This document shows, piece after piece, positions 48,151 to 60,889 of a stretch of DNA of 64,000 nucleotides. The stretch is taken from contig NW_003314392.1 of assembly GCF_000143415.4 (NCBI RefSeq), positions 341,334 through 405,333 of the forward strand. Direction: 5' to 3'. Origin of the DNA: Selaginella moellendorffii (taxonomy: Eukaryota; Plantae; Lycopodiophyta). The notes under the pieces were generated by a model. That model was given only the letters and a program-made list of their open reading frames with translations, was not told where the DNA came from and did no database searches. The translations under genes were made by a program, and so were the position numbers. The number at the start of each line of letters is the position of its first letter. The stretch's first letter is position 1.

Positions 48151-48363
48151 TAGAGCAAAGTAGCCTATTCCATGTTACTATACACATAACACGCGGAATC
48201 AAATAAACGATACTTATAGAAGATTCGCCCAAATGCCCAGCTCCGGCATTCTCCCAAGGGCTAGGGTTCTTGGATTGGATCGCTCTTGGAGCCGTGCAAT
48301 GGCGGCAAGGGCAAGAATCGCGGCCACCGCCTTCTTCCTCAGGTAGAATCAATCGCCAGGGCC

Positions 48364-50463
48364 ATGAAGAAGCTCGGATTCTTGGCGGAGACGCTCTGCT
48401 CGCAGCAATTCGTCAAGCTCGTCCTCGCCGCGGCTTTGCTCGCCTCCATCTTCCTCTATATTGGTTCTCTCGTCGGCGATGACAGCAGCAGCAGCGGCGC
48501 CGTCCAGCTCAGGCGGCCGCATTCTGGTAAATTTCGCTCTTGCCCGCCATAACTTCTCACTGATTTGATCGATCGCGATGGCAGATGATTTGTCACCCAA
48601 CACGGTTCGTCTGTCACTTCGATCCCAGCCACTCCAGATCCCTCCCGATGGAGTCAGCCTCTGCCCAAGCAACTTTACCGAGTACATCCCATGCCACGAT
48701 CCAAACTACATTGCTTCCATCTCCAGCAAGCTCAATCTCTCGAGAAGGGAGCACTTGGAGCGACAATGCCCCCCACCACATCAGCGTCCTTTCTGCCTTG
48801 TTCCTCCACCAAAGTCCTACAAGCTTCCCATCCGGTGGCCCCAGAGCCGAGACTATGTGTGGAGGAGCAACGTAAACCACACCCGGCTAGCCGAAGTGAA
48901 AGGTGGCCAGAACTGGGTCCACGTTAAAGGCTCCACGATGTGGTTTCCGGGAGGAGGGACGCATTTCAAGCATGGAGCTCCCGAGTACATCCAGAGGTAA
49001 CACTTTTCTTTTGATCCATTGATCCATCAGCTTCGTGTAGACAGGCTAGGAAACATGACCACGGATTGGAAGGGAGATTTACAGACTGCTGGAGTGGCTC
49101 GAGTTTTGGACGTTGGCTGCGGAGTTGCAAGCTTTGCAGCTTATCTCTTCAACCTCGACATCCAGACCATGTCGTTTGCGCCGCTTGACTCTCACGAGAA
49201 TCAGATCCAGTTCGCTCTGGAACGAGGAATACCGGCTCTTGTTGCGGCGCTTGGAACCAAGCGCTTGCCGTATCCTTCCAGATCCTTCGATGCTGTTCAC
49301 TGTTCCCGCTGTCGCGTCGATTGGCACGAAGATGGTAAGCATTAGTTGGAATCTCGTGCATGATATAAAAATGTTCCTTTCCGTGAATCTGCAGGAGGTA
49401 TTTTGCTCAGGGAAATGGACCGGATTTTAAGACCTGGTGGCTTCTTCATCTATTCTGCACCTCCAGCTTATCGCAAAGACAAGGATTTCCCTGAAGTTTG
49501 GAACATCCTGACCAACATTACAGAATCTCTTTGCTGGAAGCTGATCGCACGGCACGTCCAGACTGCGGTTTGGAGGAAGACCGCCGACAGGTCCTGTCAG
49601 CTCGCCAAGTCCAAGCTGTGCGCTAACCAAAGCAAGGAGTTTCTAGACAACTCGTGGAACAAGCCACTGGACGACTGCATTGCCTTGTCTGAGGACAATG
49701 ATGCCAATTTCGTCCAACTTCCTTCATGGCCGGAACGGCTTACAACTTACTCGAACCAGCTCGGTAACTTTGTTATATACTCCAGTATGTGGTAACGGGA
49801 TTTCTTTTGCACAGGGATCAGCTCATCTTCTTTCAAAGAAGACACATCTCTCTGGGAAGGCAAAGTTGGAAACTATTGGAAGCTGCTTAATGTATCCGAA
49901 AATTCCATTCGGAACGTTATGGATATGAATGCTGGATACGGAGGCTTTGCTGCTGCCTTGTTACTACAGAACAATCCCGTGTGGATCATGAACGTGGTTC
50001 CATCGGAATCTAGCAACACTCTCAACGTTGTCTATGGTCGAGGCCTCGTAGGCACCTTGCATAGCTGGTACGTAGGCTTGCTCATACTCACTTGGCTTTC
50101 TTCTCATTTCTTGCATCCACAGGTGCGAAAGCTTTTCGAGCTACCCGAGGAGCTACGACTTGTTGCACGCATATCGCGTGATGTCCCTCTATCCAGGGAG
50201 AAAAGGGTGCCAGATCGAAGATATAATGCTGGAAATGGATCGGCTGCTGAGACCGAATGTAAGTTTTCTCATTTGACTTCTAGGAGTTGATTCTAGCAAC
50301 TACGACGCAGGCTCTTGCGATCTTTCAAGATTCCTCACCTGCGGTGCAGCGCATACTGGAGTTGGCACCAAGGTTCCTGTGGGTTGCCAGAGTCCATCGC
50401 ATTCTTGAAAAAGACGAGCAGCTTCTTATATGCTCTAAGAAGTTCTGGATCGTCGACGTCTAA
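48364..50463 (+). CDS. Golgi type II membrane SAM methyltransferase (Methyltransf_29 / PMT family)
   Basis: N-terminal [86 protein letters not shown] and YPRSYDLLH. Confidence 0.94.
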
Positions 50464-51030
50464 GGTAGAGTATGGTGATGATTAGTCTTCGAAGTTTTCC
50501 ACGAGAATGCACTGTGGCGACAGTAATAACAGGGTTGTTAGTATTCTCAGGCAGACACAACGATTTGTTTAGGAGCTATTGTAGTCCAGCAAAGGTCCTA
50601 AGCGAGAGGCATGGCTTTCATATCTTGGTTAGTTTGTGCCAACATGATTCTCCAGGTGTGGTAATAGCTCCTACACCGATCAAAGCCAGCTTGCGCGAGG
50701 TAAAAGTTCGTTTTCGTTATTTCTTTTTACTCTGCTTTGTGCTACTTATGAGCTACTGCTGGAGGATATCCACGCGAAGATCATGTCAAGAGGCTGAGAC
50801 TTTGGAACTCACTCGGAGTTGGAGTTTTTGTCATCCCCAAGAGCTGTGCAGACATTTCCGGAGCCACCAATGGACATTCCATCGTGGATTCGTGAAATTT
50901 CATTAGGAGGACATAGAAAATCATTTAAACACATATTAAGTTGACGAAATCTCTATCAAGTATTAAAATGTCTATTCAGCAATTAAACAATGGCTTGATA
51001 CAAATTCTTCCTTTGTATTCGTTGTCTGAT

Positions 51031-51102
51031 GTCGTTGTAGTATAGTGGTGAGTATTTCCGCCTGTCACGCGGACGACCCGGGTTCGATCCCCGGCAACGG
51101 CG
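51031..51102 (+). tRNA. tRNA-Asp(GTC)
   Basis: GTCGTTGTAGTATAGTGGTGAGTATTTCCGCCT-GTC-ACGCGGACGACCCGGGTTCGATCCCCGGCAACGGCG; all stems pair. Confidence 0.96.
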
Positions 51103-51189
51103 AGATTACGAGCAAACATGCTTATAATTATAAACTTTATTTGATCAATTGGATTAATAAGTAATAACAAAACTTTACTTAAGGTATTT

Positions 51190-52233
51190 CTATGCATGCA
51201 TTTGCTGAAAGGGACAACGTAATCCTCCATCGTAGTATGGTCCAATCTTGCCGGATTTCAGCACTCCCAGCTCCGCCAGCTTGTATCCCTTCTCAAATGC
51301 TGGTGGCCGATACACATTCACGTTGAGCTGCCGGTACTCTTCCGGATTGGCAGCGGGATTGGGACACCAGTCCACCTCAATGCTGCCCTTCGCATCCTCC
51401 ACACGTCTGGGAGGCATAAATGCGGACACGCAGCTCCCGGCCAGCAGCTTGAACGCACCCAAGATGATCCACTCCACGATCACGGGGGGCTTTTCCAATC
51501 CAACAGCGCTCCTGATTGTGGGATCGATGAGCGCGCAGATCCCAGTCTCTACCAGCGGCTGCACGGGCTGAGGAAACGCGTCCAGCACCAGATGCTTGAG
51601 ATCCTGGACGATGCTCTTGTTCTTGTCCGTGAAGATGGCGTTCTTGGCCTCGTACTCGCGAATGTACTCTCGCATCTCGGAAATGCTGTCTGGGATGTTT
51701 GTGATGCCCATCCTCACGCCCACGTCGTGCCACACAACATACGCGGCCTCCTTCTCGTTGTCGGTCCACTTGCGGAATCCAAACTTCTCCGAGAAATCAA
51801 TGGGACTGATCACGTTGAGGCAGAGGACGTAGGCGAATTGGTCGTTTGGGATCTTGAATTTGTTGTGGATTCCATTCAATCTCCTCACCGCGTACGAGCC
51901 GCGATCGCTGTCGACGTGGTGGTGGATCATCTCGCTCACCAGAATGTTGGTCTCGGCGGCGCGCTTCTCGGGATCCTTGAGGCCGTACTTGGTCTTGAAG
52001 AGCAGATTTGTGATCCCGGGGATGCCCAGCGTGCGGATGGTGCCAAACTCGAGCGCCTTTTGTGAGAGGAAGGGGAATTCCACCGAGTACATATACCACA
52101 AGATCTTGTGGGCATCTCTCACGGGGTGGAGTGACGCTAGAAATCTCGCTCTCTCTTTTCTCTTGCCAATGCACACCATCTTCCATGCTGCAGCCATCAC
52201 GAGCAACACGATCATCAACAAGATTGCAGCCAT
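51190..52233 (-). CDS. ER-bound oxygenase MpaB / rubber-oxygenase-like (DUF2236) protein, intronless
   Basis: N-terminal TM anchor; EFPFLSQKALEFGTIRTLGIPGITNLL, KRAAETNILVSEM, AVRRLNGIHNKFKIPNDQFAYVL, FGFRKWTDNEKEAAY..W..VG.RMGI.NIP and EYE. This matches the MpaB-type pattern, including the conserved N..H. TATA (minus) at ~52329-52334. Confidence 0.85.
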   Translation of the reverse strand: MAAILLMIVLLVMAAAWKMVCIGKRKERARFLASLHPVRDAHKILWYMYSVEFPFLSQKALEFGTIRTLGIPGITNLLFKTKYGLKDPEKRAAETNILVSEMIHHHVDSDRGSYAVRRLNGIHNKFKIPNDQFAYVLCLNVISPIDFSEKFGFRKWTDNEKEAAYVVWHDVGVRMGITNIPDSISEMREYIREYEAKNAIFTDKNKSIVQDLKHLVLDAFPQPVQPLVETGICALIDPTIRSAVGLEKPPVIVEWIILGAFKLLAGSCVSAFMPPRRVEDAKGSIEVDWCPNPAANPEEYRQLNVNVYRPPAFEKGYKLAELGVLKSGKIGPYYDGGLRCPFQQMHA

Positions 52234-53189
52234 TCTGAAATGGTTGCGTTGTGAAAACAGTTTGATCTAAAATCTGTGCGTGCAAAAGAAAGAACTAGGT
52301 TGGTGAAACATGGGCAAGAGAAGGGGTATTTATACCAGTGATCCAACAGAGATCACATTTCACGTTTTTTATTCATGTAGCACTAACGTGCACGCTGTTT
52401 GATCCGTGCATTCTTTCAGCCACTCATTTAACATCAATAAAAAAATCTATAGTCCCCTTATTGTACGTTTACAACATGTGGTCTATGCGTCACAAGTACA
52501 CTTTATTTTATTGTGGTTCAGGGTAATGTTTACAATAATGAGATTATATTTGTCTACGCCATCCCATCTCTAGCTTTGATAGAGCTCCATGGATTGACAA
52601 GCAAGAGTATTTGAAAACTAGCCAGGAAATTAATGACTCCTACTCACCCAAGCGCTAATAATCAAGGCACTATGCACGGTTGAATGGCAGACTGTGAGCG
52701 GCTACCAAGGCAAGGCGTTGCAAGCATGCATGTGGAGCAGTGAACAACGACCGTCTCCTATCAAGCTTCGAGCTACAGCAGCACTAAACCTTGCTTCCCG
52801 TGAGAAGTTATAAGATGACGCGCTGTTCTTCCAAAACACGCACACAGTCATGTTTAGCAAAGTGTTGACTGAATTCAGTCAGCACGGTATGATCCCTTCT
52901 CCAATTCACTTTGAGTTGTCGGTATTACTCTTCGGATTTGCAGCGGAAGCAGCTTAAGATGATTTGAAGAACCGTTTACGGGTGATGTTTTGCAGGAAGA
53001 TGTTTTGTTTGGATCCCTTCTCCACTGAAGATCACAACTCATAACTTAGAAAGCTCGTCATTTCGAGATTTGTATTCATCCAGGAGCTTTTGCAAAGTTA
53101 TTTTTTTGCCACTTCTGCACTTAAGAATTCAGGTTGTGTAATGCGGAATAGTTAAGAGAAAGGGGAAAAAAATGTGTTCACGGGATCTG

Positions 53190-53590
53190 AACACACCCTC
53201 CGTCTCTCATCGCAGCCATCGGCCACCTTTACACCAAGATCCAAGCCGAATAAGATGTGCGGCGATCAAGGGGTTAAGCAGGGCTGTCCCTTGTCTCCAG
53301 CTTTGTTTGGAATTACATCGATGCCATTGAGGCACTTTTCCAGGAAGAAGAGCTGTCGGACGTCTGACAGCCCCGATGAGTCTGTTTCTCTAATTACTTC
53401 TCTACGCCGATGACTTGGTCCTGCTCACCAACTCCTATGGGCAAATGCAAAGACAGCTTGATGCGCTCGCGAGATTCTGCACACGAACACAGCTCTCAGT
53501 AAGACACAGAGCTGCTGGCTTTCGGGAAGGGACCCCCCCTGTTATATTCAGGCCATGATGTCACAAGAGCAACACAGTACAAGCATCACC
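53190..53590 (+). mobile_element. LINE (non-LTR) reverse transcriptase remnant
   Basis: GVKQGCPLSPALFG, then after a frameshift LLLYADDLVLL...MQRQLDALARFC. Confidence 0.85.
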
Positions 53591-53739
53591 CTGCATTAGC
53601 AACGTCCTTAGAAGGTAGGAGTGCACACCAACTCTGTATGTCTCCCAAAAGACTTTGAAAAGGATTTTTGGAAATTTTAGGGTTTTATATAGATTATTTA
53701 GCTGAAGATTATCTTTTAGGGTTATTTAGTAGATGCGCA

Positions 53740-55150
53740 ATGTGGAGGATGAATCGGCGAATCCGTTCATTCGCCAGCTCGGCGATCCTGGAAGGCCGAC
53801 TCGAGGAAGTGAGTGTGTTTAGATGAATGAATCTTTTAAGCTGGAATTTTTGTTAGAAGGAAGAAGAAAAGGAGATTGGATGAGCTCTGCGTGGAAAGAT
53901 ATCCCCAGTTCGCGCGGAATGTGGTGCAATCCTGGATCATACAAGGCAAGGCAACGCTCGTTTCTTCTTCTTCTTCTTTGTTTTTTCCGTGTGTGTGGGT
54001 GTGTGGTCTTTCTTATTCCAATGGAAGAGTGTTTCTGTGTGTCCAGGGAAAGTTTTCGTGGATGGCCAGGAACAAGTCTGGGATGCAAGTCGCAGGAACA
54101 TCAGCAATCGAGATCACAGCCCAGCCTCCAAAATACGTTTGCAGGCACGTCTTATTCCTCTTTTCTTCTGTTTTCTTTCTTCGTCACAAAGGAAATGACG
54201 ATCAATCCAGGGCTGGAGACAAGCTCGCAGCAGCGCTGGAGCGGTTTGGGTGTGATTTAAATGGTAAAGTGGTGCTCGACTCGGGGCTCTCCACCGGAGG
54301 CTTTACTGACTGCATGCTACAGCATGGTGCCACGCGAGTGTATGGAGTCGACGTTGGCTATGGCCAAGTAAGTCTTTGTGTTTCTTTGGAAGGGAAAAAG
54401 GAAAGCGCTAACTTGGATTGAAACTCTCTCAAGGTTGCCGAGAAAATTCGAACCGATAAAAGAGTTCGCGTCATGGAGAGGACAAACTTACGTCTCTTAA
54501 CTCGGCTACCCGAGATGGTAGACTTCGTCACTCTGGATTTGTGCTTTATCTCGGTTTTGTTGGTGAGATTCTCTCAGTTCCAGCAATTTAGAGGATTGAC
54601 ACGCTTGTTTTTTCTTTTTCCAATCTTAGGTGATGTCTGCCGTGTGCTCGGTGATGAAGCAGGATGCGAGCGGCATCATTCTCATCAAGCCACAGTTTGA
54701 AGCGGCCAGGTCTCAGGTAAGTCTCTCTTTTTTAAGTGTATGCAGGCGTATCATCGTTTTTTCTCGCAGGTTGGCGGTGGTGGGATCGTGAGAAAGCCCG
54801 AAGTTCACAGAGAGGTGTAGCAAAATAGAATATTTATATATTTTCTTGACCTCTTTTTCTCTTGCTTTTGTGTGTAGGTGCTTGAGAAGGTCATAGATGG
54901 TGTTGAGGAGTTTGGCTTCGCTTGCAAAGGCTGGATGGAATTCCCAATCAAAGGCACCGATGGCAACACAGAGTTCCTGGCATACTTCCACAGGATGACC
55001 AAACAAACACCATCGCAGGTTCTGGTATCTAACACTCGCTTGCTGATTATCTTTATTTTTTTCCTTCTTCTTGCGCAGGAAAAACGCGAATTTGTTGCAA
55101 ATAAGTCAAAGAGTTACTACTTGGATCTTCTTGAACGCAAGGGATCTTAA
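53740..55150 (+). CDS. tlyA: TlyA / hemolysin-A-like rRNA 2'-O-methyltransferase (S4 + FtsJ), probably organelle-targeted; possible frameshift
   Basis: [74 protein letters not shown] and [12 protein letters not shown]. The start is inferred ([14 protein letters not shown]). Confidence 0.88.
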
Positions 55151-56210
55151 AGTTCTCTTTATTTTCTCTTTGGAGCAACTGTACAAGAACTTTGTTTGAT
55201 CTTTGCAAAGTTTGGGTTTTGTTCTTCTGGAGATCCTAAATACTAGACGGGCAAAGCACCGGAATTTTGTCTCTTGGACGGTTCTAATGTTGGTGAACGA
55301 CAGAGTGATGGTCTTGCAGCTTCTCTCGAATGCAGTGCTTCGAAGGAGAGTCACAGATACGGAAGCTCTCAGGCTTCCGTAGCAGTGATCCAGCCTGCAG
55401 CGGACATGGCAGGGATAAAAAACTAAGGTTCCAATGGCCGGTAGAGACGAGTTTTTCCTTAATCAAGTCACAAATTTTAAAGCTTAATTTGGAGCTTCTC
55501 TTGTTTATAAAAGTCTGTCTTTCTTGCTATGCAAAGTAGAAAATAAAAAAGAGAAGAAAAAAGTGTTATTTTGCTAGAGGGCTGCAATATTTGTTGCATT
55601 ATTTGTGTTAAGCAGCTTTTCCACGATAAAATTATATGTTTTTCTGAATTACAGTTCGATTGGGGTCCATGAGCTAAGTTCCATGAAACAACTCTCAAGC
55701 AAATATAACTATGGTAACGAGCAGTACTAAAAGACCACTTTAGATGACCAGCGCCATTGGAATATTACATGCAAATTTTAGAAGCTCTTGATTCTTCTCC
55801 ACCTTTGCCTTGATGATAAGTTTCTTCTGCAAATTCAGAATTGATTTCTCCTCTTGCTTGATCATCTTACACTCTCCTAAAAAGTCCCACAATCATCTGC
55901 AAGCTAAACAAATTTGCGGTTGTGGCAAATGGTGCTGCTGTAATAGTCTTTTACGTGGCTGCCCCTTTGCCACGCTCACTCGCTTCTTCCGTGGTCCCAG
56001 CTCTGCACCCTAAATGTTTAACTACTAACTCTAAATTAGTAATATCATGATTTTAATTAGTAGATGTTATTAACGGATATGTTAGTTCCAGTGAATGAAC
56101 GGCTATAATTTATAAGTATATAACCTAGGCTTGGTTTAGGTTTTTCTTCAGTGTTTTATATTTGTGCTCCTTATATTTTCTTTCTTATTTTATTCATTCT
56201 CTTTAGTATT

Positions 56211-57171
56211 ATGGCTAGATTGGAATATGTAGATTATGCTCAAGATAGTATTCTTTCTTTTTCTGATCTTATTAAGAGAACTAATATTAAAGTGAATTCT
56301 TTTACTTTTTGTATTAGGGTGAGAATGTGAGAGATGCCATTGACTAATGAGATATCGATCTGATAATCAAGGTTGTAAAAATGGTTTGAAGTGGAATTGT
56401 AAAAATTGCAATACCACAAGATCTCTTAAAACTAGTACATGGTTTGTAAATAGTAATCTCACATTTGCTCAAATGCTTAGAGTGATATATTGTTGGTGCA
56501 TTAAAATGCCACAAGGTCAAGCTCGTATTAAAAGTAAGCATACGACAAAAAATTGGTACAATTTTTGTCATGATATTTGTGTTATCACATTACAACAAAA
56601 AAATTGGTAGTCCAAAAAGAATTGTGGAAATTGATAAAAGTAAGTTTGGTAGTGAAAATATAATTATGGTAGAAGAGTAAAAGGTCAATAGATTTTTGAA
56701 GGAATTGAGCATGATTCAGATCAAATGTTTATAGTTTTGGTGGCGAATCGTACTGCACAAACTTTAATTGATATATTATATACATATGTTAAACCAAGAA
56801 AATTCTATTTCTATTATTAAACTTAACTACTGCTAATAATTAATCTTTTAGGAACAGTTATATATAGTGATTTTTGGGCTAGTTATGATTCAGAGTGGTT
56901 GAATTAGTTGAACTTCACTTATTATACAATTAACCACTCCTATAATTTTATTGATTCCGTGATTGGAGTTCATATAAATCATATTGAATCAATATGGAAT
57001 GCAGTGAAAAGATCCATCCTTTGCTATGGTATAACAAAAGGATTATATAGCTCTTACTTTCAAGAACATATTTGGCAAAAACTATATATTGAAAGAAAGG
57101 AAGTTGCATTTAATATTCTATGTAGTTATATTATGCTATACAATCAAGATAATTTTTTTATAGCAGAATAA
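56211..57171 (+). mobile_element. Merlin / IS1016-IS1595-like (ISXO2-type) DDE transposase remnant
   Basis: WNC..C...RSL...TWF..SNL, VEIDKSKFG..KYNYGR.VKGQ*IF.GIE, VANRTAQTL....YVKP-GTVIYSDFWASY, INHS.NF.D...GVH.NHIESIWNAVKR and YFQE.IW; contains stops and frameshifts. Confidence 0.82.
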
Positions 57172-58025
57172 ATAGTATATTTGATTTTGTACTTTTAAAT
57201 ACTTAAAAAAATAATTGAAAATAATTTACTAGGACAATATTTAATTTATAGTAATGAGGTGGCATGCCTATGTAAGCAATGAGGTAGTGTGAAAATCCAA
57301 ATAAGCAAATGGGTCCCACCCTAAATAAAGGGGGGTGCTGTATTGTGCATTCTACCCATTTGTCTTTAGCTTTACTGTAAGACATTTAAGATTTGGTTTG
57401 GGTGGTGGTTCTCCAACTTATGGAAGTTATGGAACAATGTCATCCATCACCTGATGGAAGTATGCATGGAGTATCAGATTGCGGTGTTGCAAATAAGAAG
57501 AAGGCATAGGCTACTTCACCATATAAACAGCAACAATTCCATTTGATATGGCTTGCATATGTTTTTTATAATGGTAGTTATGTTGGTTGCTCACTAATAT
57601 TATTATAATTTTTCTGTTCATAAAGGATCACACTATTGCTTGAAAGTTGATAGGGGTTGAGGGGAGGTTATATTCGCAAGCAATCTACAAATGTTCCAAA
57701 CACATGATCTAAAAATAGTAAAGATTGAGCTGGATTAATTTGTTTGGTTGATAATGCATAACATCTTATCTAATTAACTAGCTACACAAAGAACATCTAA
57801 GAAGATCTTTTTTCTTTTATCAGAAGAAAATTTGAAGAAATAATAAATTTATATGATGCTCTTAGATGCTTGGGCCACACAATGCTAGTCAATGTAGTTA
57901 ATCATATGGTAATAGAATCAATTTTGTATATAAGTATTATAAAGGAAACACATGATAAAAGAATATAAGCCCTTGGTGAATCTTGAAATATTAAATTTAA
58001 TTTATTATCAGTTTTTTATTAACTT

Positions 58026-60227
58026 TATGAGTGCTTGGGATATAGGAATAGGTATATTAATTAGGGTTGAGACCCCTGCTTATATACAAGAATAGATGGA
58101 CCAAATTCAATCCCAAATAGACAGTCCATATGCTATAGTACTATAATTAGTGCATTACTTAGCTAGAGTAAAACATGTATATACATATATGTATTTACAA
58201 GCCTTACACCATCCTCCCCTCCAGAAGATGAAAAAATAATGATAATAAATTAGGTGGAATATCTAGAATTTCTGTTGGGCAATTATAAACTACCACAAGA
58301 ATCTTAAACTCCCATAAAAACACCAATAAAGTTGTTAATAACCATGACTGAAATAAAACCCAAAGCCATGGCATAAGCATGTCGACTATGGCACCTCGAT
58401 AAATCAATTACAACTTTGTATGCAACTCCCAAATGCTCAAAGCAAACACATAACCATAACTTTGAATAAAGGAGGTCAAATTCACTCCATTTGTCCTCTA
58501 TATTTTCCTTATCCCCTCTTGGAAGGAAAAAAAGTTTTGAAGCACTAGCTCCATTCAAATTTATTATACTCATCCTCACTCTACCATTTATATCTAGCCT
58601 CACTTCACTATTGCATCTGTTTGGCCTCATTACATCGGAGCCAAATGTTCTGTTTGGACTCGTTATACTCATCCTCACTCCACAATCCATATCATTCGTA
58701 CTCACTCCACTATTGTATTCACTTGTCCTCACTCCATTGTTGGGGTTGGACTCCCATTTATCCCCTTTACCCCCTCCTCCAAAGAAAAAAAAAGTTTGAA
58801 GTATCAAAGCAAAAAGGAGAAAACGAGAAAAATTAAGGAAAAATAATTGTGGAAGAAGAAAAAGCGGATAAAGAAGTATCAGAAAAGGAATTTACAGCAA
58901 TTGACAAGGCAGAAATAGGGAAATCAAAAGAATATGTGCTTAAGGATTTGACAATAGGGGATTTTCTATTATAAAATACTTCGGCCACCACAATATAAGC
59001 AAAAGATTCACACCACTCAACCTTCTCAACACACAACTCAACACTTGAGACAAGAAAATCAATAATAACATCTACACTCTCAAAGAAATATATAAATTCC
59101 TCAGCAGCAAACAGTAAAGCAAAAGTTCTCAGTGGCATTTAGAAGTGAGGATATACATTCAACCTGAAACTCTGGCCAAAGTGACTCAACCCTTGGAACA
59201 GGGGAATACTCAACACTAAAATTGATCAAAGACTCTGCTAATAAAACAAAAACAAGATTCTCAACTTTATAGACATGCTCAACATCTAAATTAGTATGAA
59301 GAAGACAAGAAACACTCAACTCAACACTGGATTGAAAATGAAAATCATGAGAGTCACAAATGATTGATGTGCCAGAAGAAGAAAACATTGTAGATGAGGA
59401 AGAAATACTAGAAACATGAAAAAATGGCTTAGGCCAAAAAATAAGAAAAGGTTGGGAAAATGCAGAAGGGAAAGAGAAAAGATCAGATGGCAAATTGAAA
59501 TATTGACATCTACCCCACAAAATCTCTACTTCATCTCCAAAGTTATCTCCATAATAATCAAGTTCATCATCACACTCTGGAATCCACTTTAGCTTGTACA
59601 CACCATCTTCCCATAAATTTGATCCTTGAACATTCTCCAAAAATTGGATTGCATTATCCATAGCTCGTCAATCAATATCACGATCATATTCCATATCAAT
59701 AGGAGATGGCAAAACATTATAAACAAGACAAGCCGTGTAATCACGTCCTACAAAAGCTGAAGACAGCAACACACCAAGGATGGGTGCAACACTAATATGA
59801 TTACACGCAACAACACCAAAAGTTTGATCCAACAGAGCAGCATTAGTAGCCTCAAGTGACATACTCCTTGATTGATGACGGCGTAGCATAGTAGAAAAAG
59901 AGAATGCAATAAAGATTAGAAGAAAAAGTAAATCTATTTAGAAGAGAATGAAGAAATAAAAATAAAAAAGCACGATCCCGAACATTAAAGCAAAGAACTA
60001 CTAAAAAGCTTTGCCCTTCAGAGACAAGCTACAATGTTCACCAATGTAAGTGCTCGGGGTATAAAAATAGGTATATTAATTAGGGTTTAGACCTTTACTT
60101 ATATATAAAAATGAATAAACCAAATTCAGTCCCAAATGGACGGTCCATATGCTATAGTACTATAATTAATGTATTACCTAGCTAAGGTAATATATGTATA
60201 TACATACATGTATTTACAAACCTTACA
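58026..60227 (-). mobile_element. Non-autonomous LTR retroelement with ~183-bp LTRs
   Basis: Direct repeats 58026-58208 and 60045-60227 (t[g/a]t[a/g]agtgct...ccttaca). PBS-like tggtgaacattgtag (minus) next to 60045. PPT ggaggggaggatgg (minus) next to 58208. ACTT flanks both ends. Confidence 0.78.
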
Positions 60228-60889
60228 ACTTGTATTATTTATGTGGTTTAAGTAAAATAACTTAATTTCTATTGTTTGTGTAATGTATAAAAAATAAAGT
60301 TAATCAAAATCACAATTGCTTTAGTTCTATGCTCTTGTAAATAATATTGTTGCTACTATGGTCACTTTCTTGCAAAGAAAAGCCACTTGTATTATGCATT
60401 GTTATTATGTTGAGAGTTTGAAATTAATTTATTGCAAAATGTCAAAGAATGAAAATTATAATAAATTTATTTATATTTTAATAAATAACATAAAATAACA
60501 TAACTATTTATGTTATCCATAAATAGTTATGGATAACTCTATAATAGTTAAAGAGTTGACTCAAGTTTCAATTGTAGTTTAATACAAACATAATAAAATT
60601 TAAAATATTAAGGTTATAGCAAACTTAATTGAATAAATAGTTGTCCATAACTATAAATAAACTACCATTATTATAGAAATTTATGACAATAATTGTTATC
60701 CTTTCATAATGGATTTGAGATCCAAATCACTCCAGGAACAAAACCAATGTAGTATAATAACAATGCTGCAACTTTTAATCTATAATGATCAAAATATAGC
60801 TACATATTAATAAAGTTCACAACATAGTACAACATATATAAGTTTTCTAGAAAATACTTATATATATATACACACACACATACATATGT

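Noticed and set aside
50472-50906. 144-aa + ORF after PMT
   Set aside because: No motif, and it lies in the expected 3' UTR or intergenic zone.
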